Source: an uncultured bacterium
Lineage (GTDB): Bacteria; Zixibacteria; MSB-5A5; GN15; FEB-12
Assembly (NCBI GenBank): GCA_965372795.1
Contig: CBDVDR010000012.1
Location: forward strand, 42,446 to 106,445
Reading direction: 5' to 3'
DNA: 64,000 nucleotides
Position numbers and translations under genes: made by a program
Notes under the pieces: model-generated
What the model was told of the DNA's origin: nothing
The model's input: only the letters and a program-made list of their open reading frames with translations
The model's database searches: none
Shown here: piece by piece, positions 7,968 through 17,491 of the stretch
Layout: each line of letters begins with the position of its first letter
Numbering within the stretch: position 1 is the stretch's first letter

Positions 7968-9902
7968 TTAGAAGGCGTACAATATAGTAAAATGCCATCT
8001 ATCCGCAAAGTCAAAATAATCAGTTTTTATCCGGCGAGCATAATCGACTCTGATAGGACCTGCCGGCGAAACTAATTGTAACCCGGTTCCATAACTGAGC
8101 GCAAGATGATTAAAATGAAATCCTCTATGGTCTGAAAATCCGTTACCAACATCAACAAAGACAGACTGCCAGAGGGGAAAAGTTCTAAGAAGATCATTCA
8201 AAACCGGTATGACGCTAAAAAGCTGTAATGTTTTCCAGCGAAATTCCTGATTGAAAACAACCGTAAAATCGGCTCCTAAGGGAAGGTTATCAGACCCAAC
8301 CGGACCAAGGGTGTTTTCTCTGAAAGCTCTTATGCTATTGGCTCCACCCAAATAGAGCCGGTCATTTATTGGAACTACCGAAGAGTTTCCAAAAGCTTCA
8401 ACGGAGCCTAATTTTATTCTTGTAGCCGAGATCCATCCGGGCCAGACAATCATATACCTTGACCAACTAACTTCAAGGTGAGTAAAATTATCATCACCGC
8501 TTAAGATCCCGCCATAATATTCACCAATTATTTCAGTTACGGAACCTCTTCTGGGTAGAAAAATATTGTCCCGGCTATCACGGCGAAAAGTCAGATACAA
8601 CTTTCTACGAACCGAGAGAAGGTTTTCCGCTTTTATAATTTCTTCCAATTCTGCCGAAGCCCCGGAAATTTTAATCGATTCATACTCAAGCCCCACTGTT
8701 GTTCTTATTTTATGTCCGAATCTTTTTTGGGAGGCAACTGATAATGACCACGATCTTATTAAATAGTCCTGTACCGGGTCTTTCAAAGTCGGTTCCCATT
8801 CTCCGGTAATAGCCAGAGGCATTCTTAGACCGATGAACCATGGTTCTGTAAATCGTAAACGATAGCGATGAGTAATTAATTCTACTCCGTCACCTAAAGC
8901 TAAAGAGTAGTCGGCAAGGATATCATATCTTCTGGAACCCAAAAAATTCCGTTTACCAAATCCACTTGAGATGTCCCAGATCAAATCTTTATAGACCGAT
9001 TGACCGGCACCGGTTTGGAGCGTGAAATATTTTGGCTTACGTTCTCGCACTCGAAGGACAAAATCGGGTTGGAGACGGTTAAGGTTTTCTTTTTTATGGT
9101 TTAATTGTAAAGTGCTAAAATACCCGGATTCAAACAACCGTCTTTGTGAATCCAGAATTGTTCTTCGGCGGTAGATGTCGTTATTGTTTATTTTAACTTC
9201 TCGCCGGGCAGTATATTCGGGGTAACGGTCAATCCCTTCAATTTCAACCTTTCCAAAATGAGTCAAAGAATCAGAATCGATATAAAATATTAAGGGAGGC
9301 AAATCATTTATTTTAGCAGTATCAACAATATGACTTATTCGAGCGTAGGGATAGCCTTCGTTGGCAAGAATAGTTTTCATCGCAAAGCCAGCCTGTTGAA
9401 CTTCAAAAAGATTTAATGGTTTTCCTTTTTTCAACCCATCAGCTATTTTATTAAATCCATGTTGAAGCTCTTCGGGATAATTCCCTTTAATCTGCTTATC
9501 GCCATAAAAATATTGTTTCCCTTCGTTGATACCAACTCTGATCAAGGCTGATGAATCTGGTCTCATCTCAAAAAATTCAACAACAGAAATATTAAGAAAT
9601 CCTTTTGAAAGATAAATGAATTTTATCTCAAGCGAATCCCGTTCGGGAGTTTCCCTTTGGATTTTCCTGCGCCGATCTCCTTTGATAACTTTCCAAATGG
9701 AATTTTCCCGGGAGTACATCCTCTTTTTAATATGACTGTCAGTAAAATATTCATTACCTTCAATTACTATAGAATCGATAACAGGTTTGTCTCTCAGCCA
9801 TCTCAAATGGGCTTTATCAACAGCCTGGCTATCTTCTGAAGAAAAGACAGAAAACAAAATCATAAAAAAAAGAACTGATATGAATAAACGAAATCTTATC
9901 AC
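7968..9902 (-). CDS. tamA: Omp85-family outer-membrane protein with POTRA domains (TamA-like)
   Basis: 644 aa. Signal peptide, POTRA-like segments (IDSIVIEGNEYFT…), and a C-terminal beta-barrel ending in an aromatic residue (…FTILYAF). Encoded directly after a TamB-like gene. Confidence 0.7.
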   Translation of the reverse strand: MIRFRLFISVLFFMILFSVFSSEDSQAVDKAHLRWLRDKPVIDSIVIEGNEYFTDSHIKKRMYSRENSIWKVIKGDRRRKIQRETPERDSLEIKFIYLSKGFLNISVVEFFEMRPDSSALIRVGINEGKQYFYGDKQIKGNYPEELQHGFNKIADGLKKGKPLNLFEVQQAGFAMKTILANEGYPYARISHIVDTAKINDLPPLIFYIDSDSLTHFGKVEIEGIDRYPEYTARREVKINNNDIYRRRTILDSQRRLFESGYFSTLQLNHKKENLNRLQPDFVLRVRERKPKYFTLQTGAGQSVYKDLIWDISSGFGKRNFLGSRRYDILADYSLALGDGVELITHRYRLRFTEPWFIGLRMPLAITGEWEPTLKDPVQDYLIRSWSLSVASQKRFGHKIRTTVGLEYESIKISGASAELEEIIKAENLLSVRRKLYLTFRRDSRDNIFLPRRGSVTEIIGEYYGGILSGDDNFTHLEVSWSRYMIVWPGWISATRIKLGSVEAFGNSSVVPINDRLYLGGANSIRAFRENTLGPVGSDNLPLGADFTVVFNQEFRWKTLQLFSVIPVLNDLLRTFPLWQSVFVDVGNGFSDHRGFHFNHLALSYGTGLQLVSPAGPIRVDYARRIKTDYFDFADRWHFTILYAF

Positions 9903-9904
9903 TA

Positions 9905-12900
9905 TTAAAATTCCAAATGCAGTTTTAAGTTCAAGTGATACAATTCTTCTTCATCCCGTCTTCCTTCAACTAAGAAGGCTTTGTTAAAGCGATATTCAAA
10001 GCCAACCTCCTGTCCGCTCTGACCGGATAGCTGGGACTTACCATACACATATAATCCCTGAGTTGTATAAAAACCAACCGTTATTCGAGTACTTAAAGGA
10101 TTTGCCAGAGTTCCCGAGTAAGGTTCGATTTCAAATGTTTCCACTCCCACCCCGAGTTCGTTTAATTGCCGGGCTCCGATTTGCGATACCTGCGATGAAA
10201 GTATTCCGGTAAAGCGTTCTTCAAACTGTCCGGTTGAGGAAGTTGTGTCGCCGCTGTAATAGTTTGCTACAATTAATGGAATGATATCTTCTTTTGAAAA
10301 GGTTGAGCCATCGACAGGATTTATATCCGCAGTATCAAGCGTTCCGGTCACATGTACTCCAAGCTCAATTAAATCTCTGGTTTCATTTTCTTCAAAAGCA
10401 GCTTGTGATAAACCCGGTACTCTGGTGTAGCCGATAAAATCCAGTCGGGGATTAAATCGTTCTTCGCCTTCAAACAACACCAGACCGCCTTGTTCCAGAC
10501 GGAAAGTTTTATCAAACAGATAACCGCGTCCCCGTACAATTTCCATCTCTCCAATAAAACGATACTGACCATCATCACGAAGAAGTTTTACCAGTCCGGA
10601 AAATTCAGCATCAATGTCTTCATTTTTAATCCAGTAATTGGAAAGGATGTCAATATTGATATCAAGGTCCCAAGTATTTTCACCTGATAGTGCCATCATT
10701 ATAGGTGAGCCTTCATCAGGTTCAGCAAAATTCACAAGATACCTCATGGTCAGCAAGGTAATATCACCGGTGACCAAAGGAGGGGTATCGCCTTCTATAT
10801 GCAATTCACCTTCAAGTTTCCCGCGAATATCATCGAGTTCGTAAGCGAAAGGGAAATCCTTTTTAATTTCCACATCAAGATCATAAAAAAGATTATCGAA
10901 AGAGTTTACAACGATATTTCCTTCGAGATTAGCATACCTTTTTTTGCCGCCCCGTTTTTTATTTTCGGTTGAATACATTTCCATATTTTCAATAATGATC
11001 AGATTATCCCTCATTATTGCAGTTGCCGTATCAACAAATATTGGATGTTCCAGATCAAAATATTTTAGGCGGCCGTTTATAATGGTAGCCAGACCTTCAA
11101 GATGCGGTTCTTGAGAAGTACCGCTCAGCCTTATATTAGAATAAAAATCTCCATCAAGCTGTTCTACCGAGGGTAAAATCAGACTGACTAAATCAAAGCG
11201 ATTGTCTTGTGCCGTAACTCGGAAATCCATCGGTTTATCGGGAAGTCTATCAATGTTAGCAGAAGTAAAAGCAAGATCAATCGGGAAATATCCATTACCG
11301 TAATATAGTCCCGGGTCCGAGAAAATCACGACGCTATCGACTGATAGGATATAGTCAGAATAATTTAAGGAGGCTGTCATATTGCCCAGGATGAGATCAC
11401 GATACTCAAGCGAATCAATAGTTCCGTCTACTTTGATTTCGGGTTTAAGGAAGTTTCCTGCGAGTCTACCATCACAAGAAAGTACTCCCCCCAGATCATA
11501 AGAGCCTTCAAATAATTTCACCCATGGTGCAATATCAACCTGTTTTATCAAGATCGCCATATCCATTGATTCATCAAAATTTACTCTGCCCACTGATGAA
11601 AGAAGAGCGTCCTCACTTTTAATGACCGCTTGTAAAAAATCAAAACCAAGAGTATCGACTAAAAATTCAATTTCATATTCATTACTAAAGGTTCGATCAA
11701 AGAGATTTATGTTCAAAGTATCAAGATGTACCTGAAATGGATATTCACCATAATCCAGGTAGCCCTTACTGGTCATTACTGCTAACTCGTTTCTAATATT
11801 CGCAGTATCAATAAATACTAAATTTGAATCAATCGTGATAATTGCTTTAGCGGTATCAAATGGGAGCGACCAGGCTTGACCGGAGAAAAAGTCAACTTCC
11901 ACTTTTCCCTGTTTACCGGTTAAGAACCGATCAATGTCAAAAGTTGAATAAAGGCTGTCGGAATATAATCCATAGATCCAAATCGAATCAGAGATAAAAT
12001 ATCCGCTCAAATCCGGGAAAGCTGTTTTACCGGTCAGGGTTGCTTCGCCATAGCCTCTGCCACCCGGTTGATCGATAAACAATTTCCCGCGATAACGATC
12101 AAGATTGTCGAGGTTCGCAATTATGGCCAGGTCGATATCATTTCTGTATTCTACCTTTCCATTAACAAAAAATCTATTTTCAAAATAGTCGATCCTGAAA
12201 TAATCACTGAACATAATCGAATCAGTTGTGATAGACATCATCCCTTTAGCAGAATGTATCGGATATTTATCAAAAGCTGATTCATACAGATCAGCATCGA
12301 TATCAATTAGCATTCTTTCTTTTTTAAAGGCTCTTCCGCTTAATTCGATATGTCCGGATAAATCAGATTCAAAAGAATTATTGACCATGTTTTTCAAATT
12401 AAAATTTCTTAGATCGGCAGAGACAAGGTATGTTTTTTCAGGTTTCGTAAAATCAATCGCACCCGACCCGTCAACTTTACAATTTCCTAAGAAAGTACCA
12501 TAGATCGTATCAAAGCTTAAATATTTATCGGCATAATTAAAATCTGTGTAAATATTTTGGAAGCTAACCGAAAAGAATTTCCCGCCAATATCTACCGAAC
12601 CATTAAATTTAGCACCCTCAAAAGATATATTACCATTGAGATCAACTTCACCATTTAGTTTGGCGCCTGTAAATTGAGTAACATCGTTTATGTCAATATT
12701 GTCAATTACAAACTCAACATTCCCCTTAAGAATATCCTCAAAGGAAACATTGCCATTAAATTTCATTTTAGTTTTATCAGAGCTTAAAGAGACATCCTGA
12801 AAGACAAGTGTTTTGTTATGATAGGTAAGTTTTCCTTCGGCTGACTCAAGAAAATACTTTTCCTGATTAGACTGGAAAGCTAATGATTTTAACTCAAGAG

Positions 12901-13450
12901 AATAAGTGTTCTCGGTTAATTTTATTCCTGCTCTAAAATTAAAATCATTGACTAAAAGAGTATCTTTGTTATCGATAAATTTAAAATTCAGGTTATTGAT
13001 AATTAACTCATCAACAGCCAGCATTGATAGAATAATTCCGGAACTTTCAGTGTCAGTTTTCTTTGAAAAATCAGGGATCATCATAGCGCCGGTTGAGTCT
13101 TTTTTCAGCATGATTTCGGCTGAGTCAATGGTCAGGTAATCGAAAATATATTTTCTATCCCATAAATTTGAAAAAGAATAGGCTGCCGTAATTTTTGGGA
13201 AATAAATAAGCCGGTAACTGCTGGCTGAATCATCATAGAAGATTGAAAGACTTTTCAGTTCAATACCAGAGAGTATATTCCCATTGATTTCCCCGATAGT
13301 AAATTTAATATCTGATTGTTCTTTAAAGCTTTCGGACAATTGTTTTTGAACAATTTCTTCAAACCCGCCCAGTTCAAATAGAAACAAAAAGGTTCCACTA
13401 ACTAAAAGAACTATTATTATCAGCGATATGTAGATTATTTTTTTTAACAT
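9905..13450 (-). CDS. tamB: Translocation and assembly module TamB-like protein (DUF490 / AsmA-like)
   Basis: 1181 aa. N-terminal TM anchor (IIYISLIIIVLLVSGTFLFLF) and a long beta-rich body. The C-terminal region (…VGFEYRFNKAFLVEGRRDEE…HLEF) is typical of DUF490. Forms a gene pair with tamA. Confidence 0.7.
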   Translation of the reverse strand: MLKKIIYISLIIIVLLVSGTFLFLFELGGFEEIVQKQLSESFKEQSDIKFTIGEINGNILSGIELKSLSIFYDDSASSYRLIYFPKITAAYSFSNLWDRKYIFDYLTIDSAEIMLKKDSTGAMMIPDFSKKTDTESSGIILSMLAVDELIINNLNFKFIDNKDTLLVNDFNFRAGIKLTENTYSLELKSLAFQSNQEKYFLESAEGKLTYHNKTLVFQDVSLSSDKTKMKFNGNVSFEDILKGNVEFVIDNIDINDVTQFTGAKLNGEVDLNGNISFEGAKFNGSVDIGGKFFSVSFQNIYTDFNYADKYLSFDTIYGTFLGNCKVDGSGAIDFTKPEKTYLVSADLRNFNLKNMVNNSFESDLSGHIELSGRAFKKERMLIDIDADLYESAFDKYPIHSAKGMMSITTDSIMFSDYFRIDYFENRFFVNGKVEYRNDIDLAIIANLDNLDRYRGKLFIDQPGGRGYGEATLTGKTAFPDLSGYFISDSIWIYGLYSDSLYSTFDIDRFLTGKQGKVEVDFFSGQAWSLPFDTAKAIITIDSNLVFIDTANIRNELAVMTSKGYLDYGEYPFQVHLDTLNINLFDRTFSNEYEIEFLVDTLGFDFLQAVIKSEDALLSSVGRVNFDESMDMAILIKQVDIAPWVKLFEGSYDLGGVLSCDGRLAGNFLKPEIKVDGTIDSLEYRDLILGNMTASLNYSDYILSVDSVVIFSDPGLYYGNGYFPIDLAFTSANIDRLPDKPMDFRVTAQDNRFDLVSLILPSVEQLDGDFYSNIRLSGTSQEPHLEGLATIINGRLKYFDLEHPIFVDTATAIMRDNLIIIENMEMYSTENKKRGGKKRYANLEGNIVVNSFDNLFYDLDVEIKKDFPFAYELDDIRGKLEGELHIEGDTPPLVTGDITLLTMRYLVNFAEPDEGSPIMMALSGENTWDLDINIDILSNYWIKNEDIDAEFSGLVKLLRDDGQYRFIGEMEIVRGRGYLFDKTFRLEQGGLVLFEGEERFNPRLDFIGYTRVPGLSQAAFEENETRDLIELGVHVTGTLDTADINPVDGSTFSKEDIIPLIVANYYSGDTTSSTGQFEERFTGILSSQVSQIGARQLNELGVGVETFEIEPYSGTLANPLSTRITVGFYTTQGLYVYGKSQLSGQSGQEVGFEYRFNKAFLVEGRRDEEELYHLNLKLHLEF

Positions 13451-13461
13451 AATTCAAACAG

Positions 13462-14124
13462 CTAATTAAGCTCATCTATAATTGAGCAGGCACTTTTATA
13501 TCCATCACCGGCCGAGATACTGATATCTTCAACAACTTGCCGAACCATCGCAAGGGATGCGCCCACATTTAAAGAACCTTTAATGTGTGAATAAAGTTGC
13601 TTATATTTATTCTCCACCGTTAAAATTGCTACAATTGCAAGTTCACGATCAATGATCCCTAATTGGTCTCTTGATAAAACCTTTCCATAACCTTCTACAA
13701 CCATCCAGCGAAAAATCTCCGGTGCTATTTTTTCAACTTTGTTTTTTAAAGAATCAAATTTATCAGTGTAAACCAGATTACATAAATTCATACCTCGTTT
13801 AAACCATGAATTAGCTTCATCCTCGGTAATTGGATTTAGGCTTACCTGTCCGGGATTAACCGGATTGTATTTATCGAGGAATTCCGCAGCGATTAACATC
13901 CGGGGGAATCCAAGAAAGAGATATGATTGCAGCATGATTTCATATAAATACTCTGATGGAACCAATAGTTGTTTAGATTTTCCCAATATAATTTTAGATG
14001 ATGATTCATCAGCGAAGGCAATTGCAGCAGCATACATTGACAGGGTACGGCTGAGGATATTTTCATCCGGTGAAAAGTTGTCAAGCCTTCGATGGAATTC
14101 GCCAATGTCTGCTGTTAAATTCAT
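13462..14124 (-). CDS. Carboxymuconolactone-decarboxylase-like (AhpD-fold) protein with non-canonical active-site residues
   Basis: 220 aa. RELAIVAILTVENKYKQLYSHIKGSLNVGAS resembles the CMD helix-turn motif but lacks the usual Cys. The assignment is tentative. Confidence 0.3.
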   Translation of the reverse strand: MNLTADIGEFHRRLDNFSPDENILSRTLSMYAAAIAFADESSSKIILGKSKQLLVPSEYLYEIMLQSYLFLGFPRMLIAAEFLDKYNPVNPGQVSLNPITEDEANSWFKRGMNLCNLVYTDKFDSLKNKVEKIAPEIFRWMVVEGYGKVLSRDQLGIIDRELAIVAILTVENKYKQLYSHIKGSLNVGASLAMVRQVVEDISISAGDGYKSACSIIDELN

Positions 14125-14169
14125 ACTGTAAAGAAAGATAATATTATAAAAGATAGCAATGTCAAATTA

Positions 14170-15354
14170 CTATTTTAAGCGGATCAATTTTTTTTCAAGT
14201 TTATACAATGCCGATTTAAGTGAATTTATTTCATTTAGGAGGGATTCTCTAGAAGATTTTGATAAAATTCTATTAGCCTGATTATTAACTGATGGCCTTT
14301 CGATATTCAAACTTCCACTGCCGATAGTCATTTTTACAAAAAACGGTATATTTTTACGAATTAACCCGATCTCAACAATCGTTCCCGGAGTCGTGCGAAT
14401 AATCTCTTTTTTTAGCCCGGCAGCGGAACTTATGTTTACACCATTATATTTAAATAACAGGTCACGTTTCATCAGACCTGCTTTTTTAGCCGGTGAATTT
14501 GGATCAATGTCGGTAATCAGAAGTCCTCGACTAATCATCAGACCGCTTCTGTTACTGACGTTAATTATCTCACCGGGAAGATTTATGACGATTCCGGGTG
14601 AAATTTCAATCTCTGAGGTTGTTATTCCGATAAAACCTGCTAATCGGCTTCCATACCTTAAAATATGCTGAACAACAGCCGGAATCAGATGTGCCGGAAT
14701 AGCAAGTCCTGCACCCGGGCTGTCGGGAGAATTTATACTACCGGATATAATACCAACAAGATTACCTGTAAGGTCGAATAAACCTCCACCAATAGTTCCA
14801 GATGTTAAAGCACCGGAATATTGGATTAAACCTTCCGGGCGAACTCCAGCGCAAAAGCCTAAGGTTGGACTTGAGCGAAGCCCATAGGCATTGCCCAAAG
14901 CTATAATCAGTTGTCCCCCGCATAAATATTGTTTTGAAATTTGGGCTGGTTGTCCGATACGTTTATCAATTTCAAGTAGTGCCAAACCGGTTTGGTAATC
15001 AATTCCAAGCAATTTTGCCGGAAGGGTATGCTGATTAAAATGAACCGCTATTTTATCTGAACCGGCGACACTCTTGGCTGAAGTGATAATATGGCCGAGG
15101 CTGTCATAGATAATGCCCGAAGAAATCATGCTATGAACCAGCTCTTCCCCGCTTCCAAAATAATTTGTATATGAAACAGGTTTGATTACTTCAACAGTGA
15201 CAACCGAACCAGACAGATTGTAGATTAGATCGTTTATTTCTGATTCAATAGAATAAAGCGTACTGTCTGACGAGTATGTGGAAGTTGTAAAAAAGACCGT
15301 TAGAATAACGCCTGACAGACAAGCTCTAACGGTCCTGTAAAAATTCGTTAGCAT
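14170..15354 (-). CDS. HtrA/DegP-fold protein with a C-terminal PDZ domain. It is predicted catalytically inactive because all three triad positions appear substituted.
   Basis: 394 aa. A by-eye alignment to E. coli DegP gives TSAKSV versus TNNHVV (His to Lys), TGLALLEI versus SDIALIQI (Asp to Gly) and GTIGGGL versus GNSGGAL (Ser to Ile). The GLAIPA segment and the PDZ region (ITDIDPNSPAKKAGL) are conserved. Confidence 0.6.
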   Translation of the reverse strand: MLTNFYRTVRACLSGVILTVFFTTSTYSSDSTLYSIESEINDLIYNLSGSVVTVEVIKPVSYTNYFGSGEELVHSMISSGIIYDSLGHIITSAKSVAGSDKIAVHFNQHTLPAKLLGIDYQTGLALLEIDKRIGQPAQISKQYLCGGQLIIALGNAYGLRSSPTLGFCAGVRPEGLIQYSGALTSGTIGGGLFDLTGNLVGIISGSINSPDSPGAGLAIPAHLIPAVVQHILRYGSRLAGFIGITTSEIEISPGIVINLPGEIINVSNRSGLMISRGLLITDIDPNSPAKKAGLMKRDLLFKYNGVNISSAAGLKKEIIRTTPGTIVEIGLIRKNIPFFVKMTIGSGSLNIERPSVNNQANRILSKSSRESLLNEINSLKSALYKLEKKLIRLK

Positions 15355-15355
15355 T

Positions 15356-16066
15356 TTAGTATCCTTGCGGTGCCTCCTTGTTATTCAATGATTTTGGAGA
15401 CACATAGACTTTGATAATCGGTCTAATTTTAAAATATCCTTTTAGATATGGTAACGGAATCTGTTGGAATTCAATCGAACTATGCCGATGAGTGCTTGAT
15501 CTGTGGAAACCATCATTAGTACTGGAACTGGTAAGAGTATTAGAAAGTCTCATCATTCGCTCATTTTTAGCCATCTGCTGGTTGAAAGACCAGTTTTTAT
15601 CAACATTGGCGACACGAGTAGCATAATTAGGATTGTTAGTCGGCATCGCGGTGAGATATGAATCATCAAGATGAGTATGTTCGGCAGCAAGTTGAGTCGG
15701 GTTAGAATCCAGATCAATGTTACTAACAGTTAAGTAAGTTGCAACAAAGAGAATACAAACGGTTGCAACCGCTGATACAAGTTTGGGCCATGACAACAAT
15801 GGTGGATTTTTTGGAAGATAAGCTTTGCTTCTTGTTTCAGCAAAGCGTTCATGAGCAATTCGATCCATCAATTTGTTATTAAAATCCGAAGATACTTTAA
15901 ATTTAGGTATCTCTCGGCTGTTGTCCAGCATGGAACGGTAGACCGCTTCCTCCTTGCGACAGTCAGCACACTCGGTTAGGTGCGCACTGATTTCTTCTGC
16001 CTTGCGAGGATTCAGCTCATCGCTACAAAAAGCTGACAGGAAGAAGCGTGTTTTTCGACAACGCAT
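15356..16066 (-). CDS. Zinc-finger anti-sigma factor (RseA/ChrR-like) with a single TM helix and a Ser/Thr/Asn-rich periplasmic tail
   Basis: 236 aa. HLTECADCRKEE is an HxxxCxxC zinc motif. TM helix LVSAVATVCILFVATYLTV. The start overlaps the sigma gene stop by 44 nt and has a GGAGGAA RBS. Confidence 0.7.
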   Translation of the reverse strand: MRCRKTRFFLSAFCSDELNPRKAEEISAHLTECADCRKEEAVYRSMLDNSREIPKFKVSSDFNNKLMDRIAHERFAETRSKAYLPKNPPLLSWPKLVSAVATVCILFVATYLTVSNIDLDSNPTQLAAEHTHLDDSYLTAMPTNNPNYATRVANVDKNWSFNQQMAKNERMMRLSNTLTSSSTNDGFHRSSTHRHSSIEFQQIPLPYLKGYFKIRPIIKVYVSPKSLNNKEAPQGY

Positions 16067-16625
16067 TATATTCCTCCACTCTGGGTTTTAATTTATCTCG
16101 CAACATCAACCTTGCCCGATTAACTCTTGATTTTACAGTTCCAAGAGGCACATCCAGCACTTTTGCTACTTCGTCGTATGCCATCTCCTGGACATCACGT
16201 AACATAAAGGCGGTACGGTATTTTTCGGGTAAGCTTGATATTGCTTCATTAAGGACTTCCGGGAGTCTTGTCGGGATTTTCATCTCAACGGCAAACTCCT
16301 TTTCGTTCCCTTTCATTTCAGTAATATCGTAATGTTTAAATTTCTTTCTTTTTCGCAATTCATTGCGACCTAAATTTAACCCGATAGTGTAAATCCAGGT
16401 TGACAGACAATGCTGGAAATTGAATGATTGACGATGTTGATAAACACGGATAAATGTTTCCTGAACAATATCCTCGGCTTCTTCGGTCGAATTGACCATC
16501 CGCCCAATAACATTCATAAGTCGGTCTTTGTATCGGTCGACCAATTCGTTGAAGGCAACCATATCGCCGTTTTGCACGGCTTTCATCAACCTAAAATCAA
16601 TATCTTTTTCAGATTCTTTCGCCAT
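16023..16625 (-). CDS. ECF (group IV) sigma-70 factor, RpoE-like
   Basis: 200 aa. Region 2 (…ETFIRVYQHRQSFN…) and region 4 HTH (…YDEVAKVLDVPLGTVKSRVNRARLMLRDKL). Confidence 0.9.
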   Translation of the reverse strand: MAKESEKDIDFRLMKAVQNGDMVAFNELVDRYKDRLMNVIGRMVNSTEEAEDIVQETFIRVYQHRQSFNFQHCLSTWIYTIGLNLGRNELRKRKKFKHYDITEMKGNEKEFAVEMKIPTRLPEVLNEAISSLPEKYRTAFMLRDVQEMAYDEVAKVLDVPLGTVKSRVNRARLMLRDKLKPRVEEYNALSKNTLLPVSFL

Positions 16626-16866
16626 AAATACCTTTCAGTCTGCTTAAATATAATACCCACAGACGAATTTAAAGTTCCAAAAATAGCCGTGAAAGATAAA
16701 AATTTTATCTGGCTGTATTACAGCCACTTACGAGGGCTATTTGGGCCGGTTTTTGGGTCTTATGCGCCAATTTCTGGAATTAATACAAATTGGAGGTAGA
16801 TTTCTTCCCAAAAAGTGGGGAAAAGTTGAAGGAGGGACGGATCCGCCGAAGAGGATTGCCATAGAA

Positions 16867-16904
16867 CAAAGACTGGATCCCCGCGTTCGCGAGGATGACA
16901 ATAG
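16867..16904. repeat. Copy 1 of a 36-38-nt palindromic repeat (caaagactggatccccgcgttcgcgaggatgacaatag). A degenerate partial copy lies just upstream at 16835-16864.
   Basis: Identical 38-mer at 17350-17387 and a 33/36 match at 17441-17473. The core atccccgcg-ttc-gcgaggat forms an imperfect hairpin. Confidence 0.8.
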
Positions 16905-17062
16905 GGTCGCAGGTTTTAAACAAATGAATGGTTTATTTAATTGCGAAATTCTTAGAAACGGCTAATTACAAATTTTTAATTTACAAAATGATTTAATACT
17001 ATTATTTAAATAACAATTCTCAGATAATGTCATTCCTGTGAAAACAGGAATCCAGTGTTAAT

Positions 17063-17347
17063 TTACAGACTATTATATAAGTCTTCCCAATTCGGATTAT
17101 CTTTTTCAATCAATTCTAATTTCCAAATTCTTTTCCAATTCTTCAATTGTTTCTCTCTGATGATAGCTTGAGTTATATCTTCATGAATTTCATAATAAAC
17201 TAATTTATGTACATTATATTTTGCTGTGAACCCCTTAACCAAATTATTTTTATGCTCGTAAATTCTTTTTATCAGATCATTTGTTACCCCAACATAAAGA
17301 GTACCATTTTTTCTACTGGCTAATATGTAGACAAAATACTGTTTCAT
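17063..17347 (-). CDS. Small GIY-YIG nuclease superfamily protein (UPF0213/YhbQ-like)
   Basis: 94 aa. YFVYILASRKNGTLYVGVTNDLIKRIYEHK is a canonical GIY-YIG motif. Repeat copy 2 begins 3 nt upstream of its start codon. Confidence 0.8.
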   Translation of the reverse strand: MKQYFVYILASRKNGTLYVGVTNDLIKRIYEHKNNLVKGFTAKYNVHKLVYYEIHEDITQAIIREKQLKNWKRIWKLELIEKDNPNWEDLYNSL

Positions 17348-17349
17348 AA

Positions 17350-17387
17350 CAAAGACTGGATCCCCGCGTTCGCGAGGATGACAATAG
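17350..17387. repeat. Copy 2 of the 36-38-nt palindromic repeat
   Basis: Exact match to copy 1, 483 bp away. Confidence 0.8.
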
Positions 17388-17440
17388 AGAGTCTTCCTTT
17401 TAAGATTTTATTAACTAAACTCCTCGTTATTATATATAAG

Positions 17441-17473
17441 CAAGACTGGATCCCCGCGTTCGCGAGGATGACA
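17441..17473. repeat. Copy 3 of the palindromic repeat. Its 3' end is divergent.
   Basis: caagactggatccccgcgttcgcgaggatgaca, 90 bp from copy 2, ending 19 bp before the stop of the downstream permease gene. Confidence 0.75.
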
Positions 17474-17491
17474 CCAGCATAGCTGGTCTTA

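Noticed and set aside
10369-13139. Multiple 60-90-aa ORFs inside and antisense to tamB
   Set aside because: They are shadow ORFs within a long, well-supported coding region of an AT-rich genome.
16835-17480. Possible mini-CRISPR array formed by the 36-nt palindromic repeats
   Set aside because: There are only three clear copies. The inter-repeat distances are grossly unequal (445 bp containing a whole gene versus 52 bp). No cas genes are present anywhere in the window. A dispersed palindromic element is the more consistent reading.
16835-17480. Integron-like attC sites flanking a GIY-YIG gene cassette
   Set aside because: No intI integrase or attI is nearby. The repeat lacks the recognisable R''/L''-L'/R' core pairs, and a single tiny cassette is not convincing. 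The possibility stays in the finding as a low-probability alternative only.
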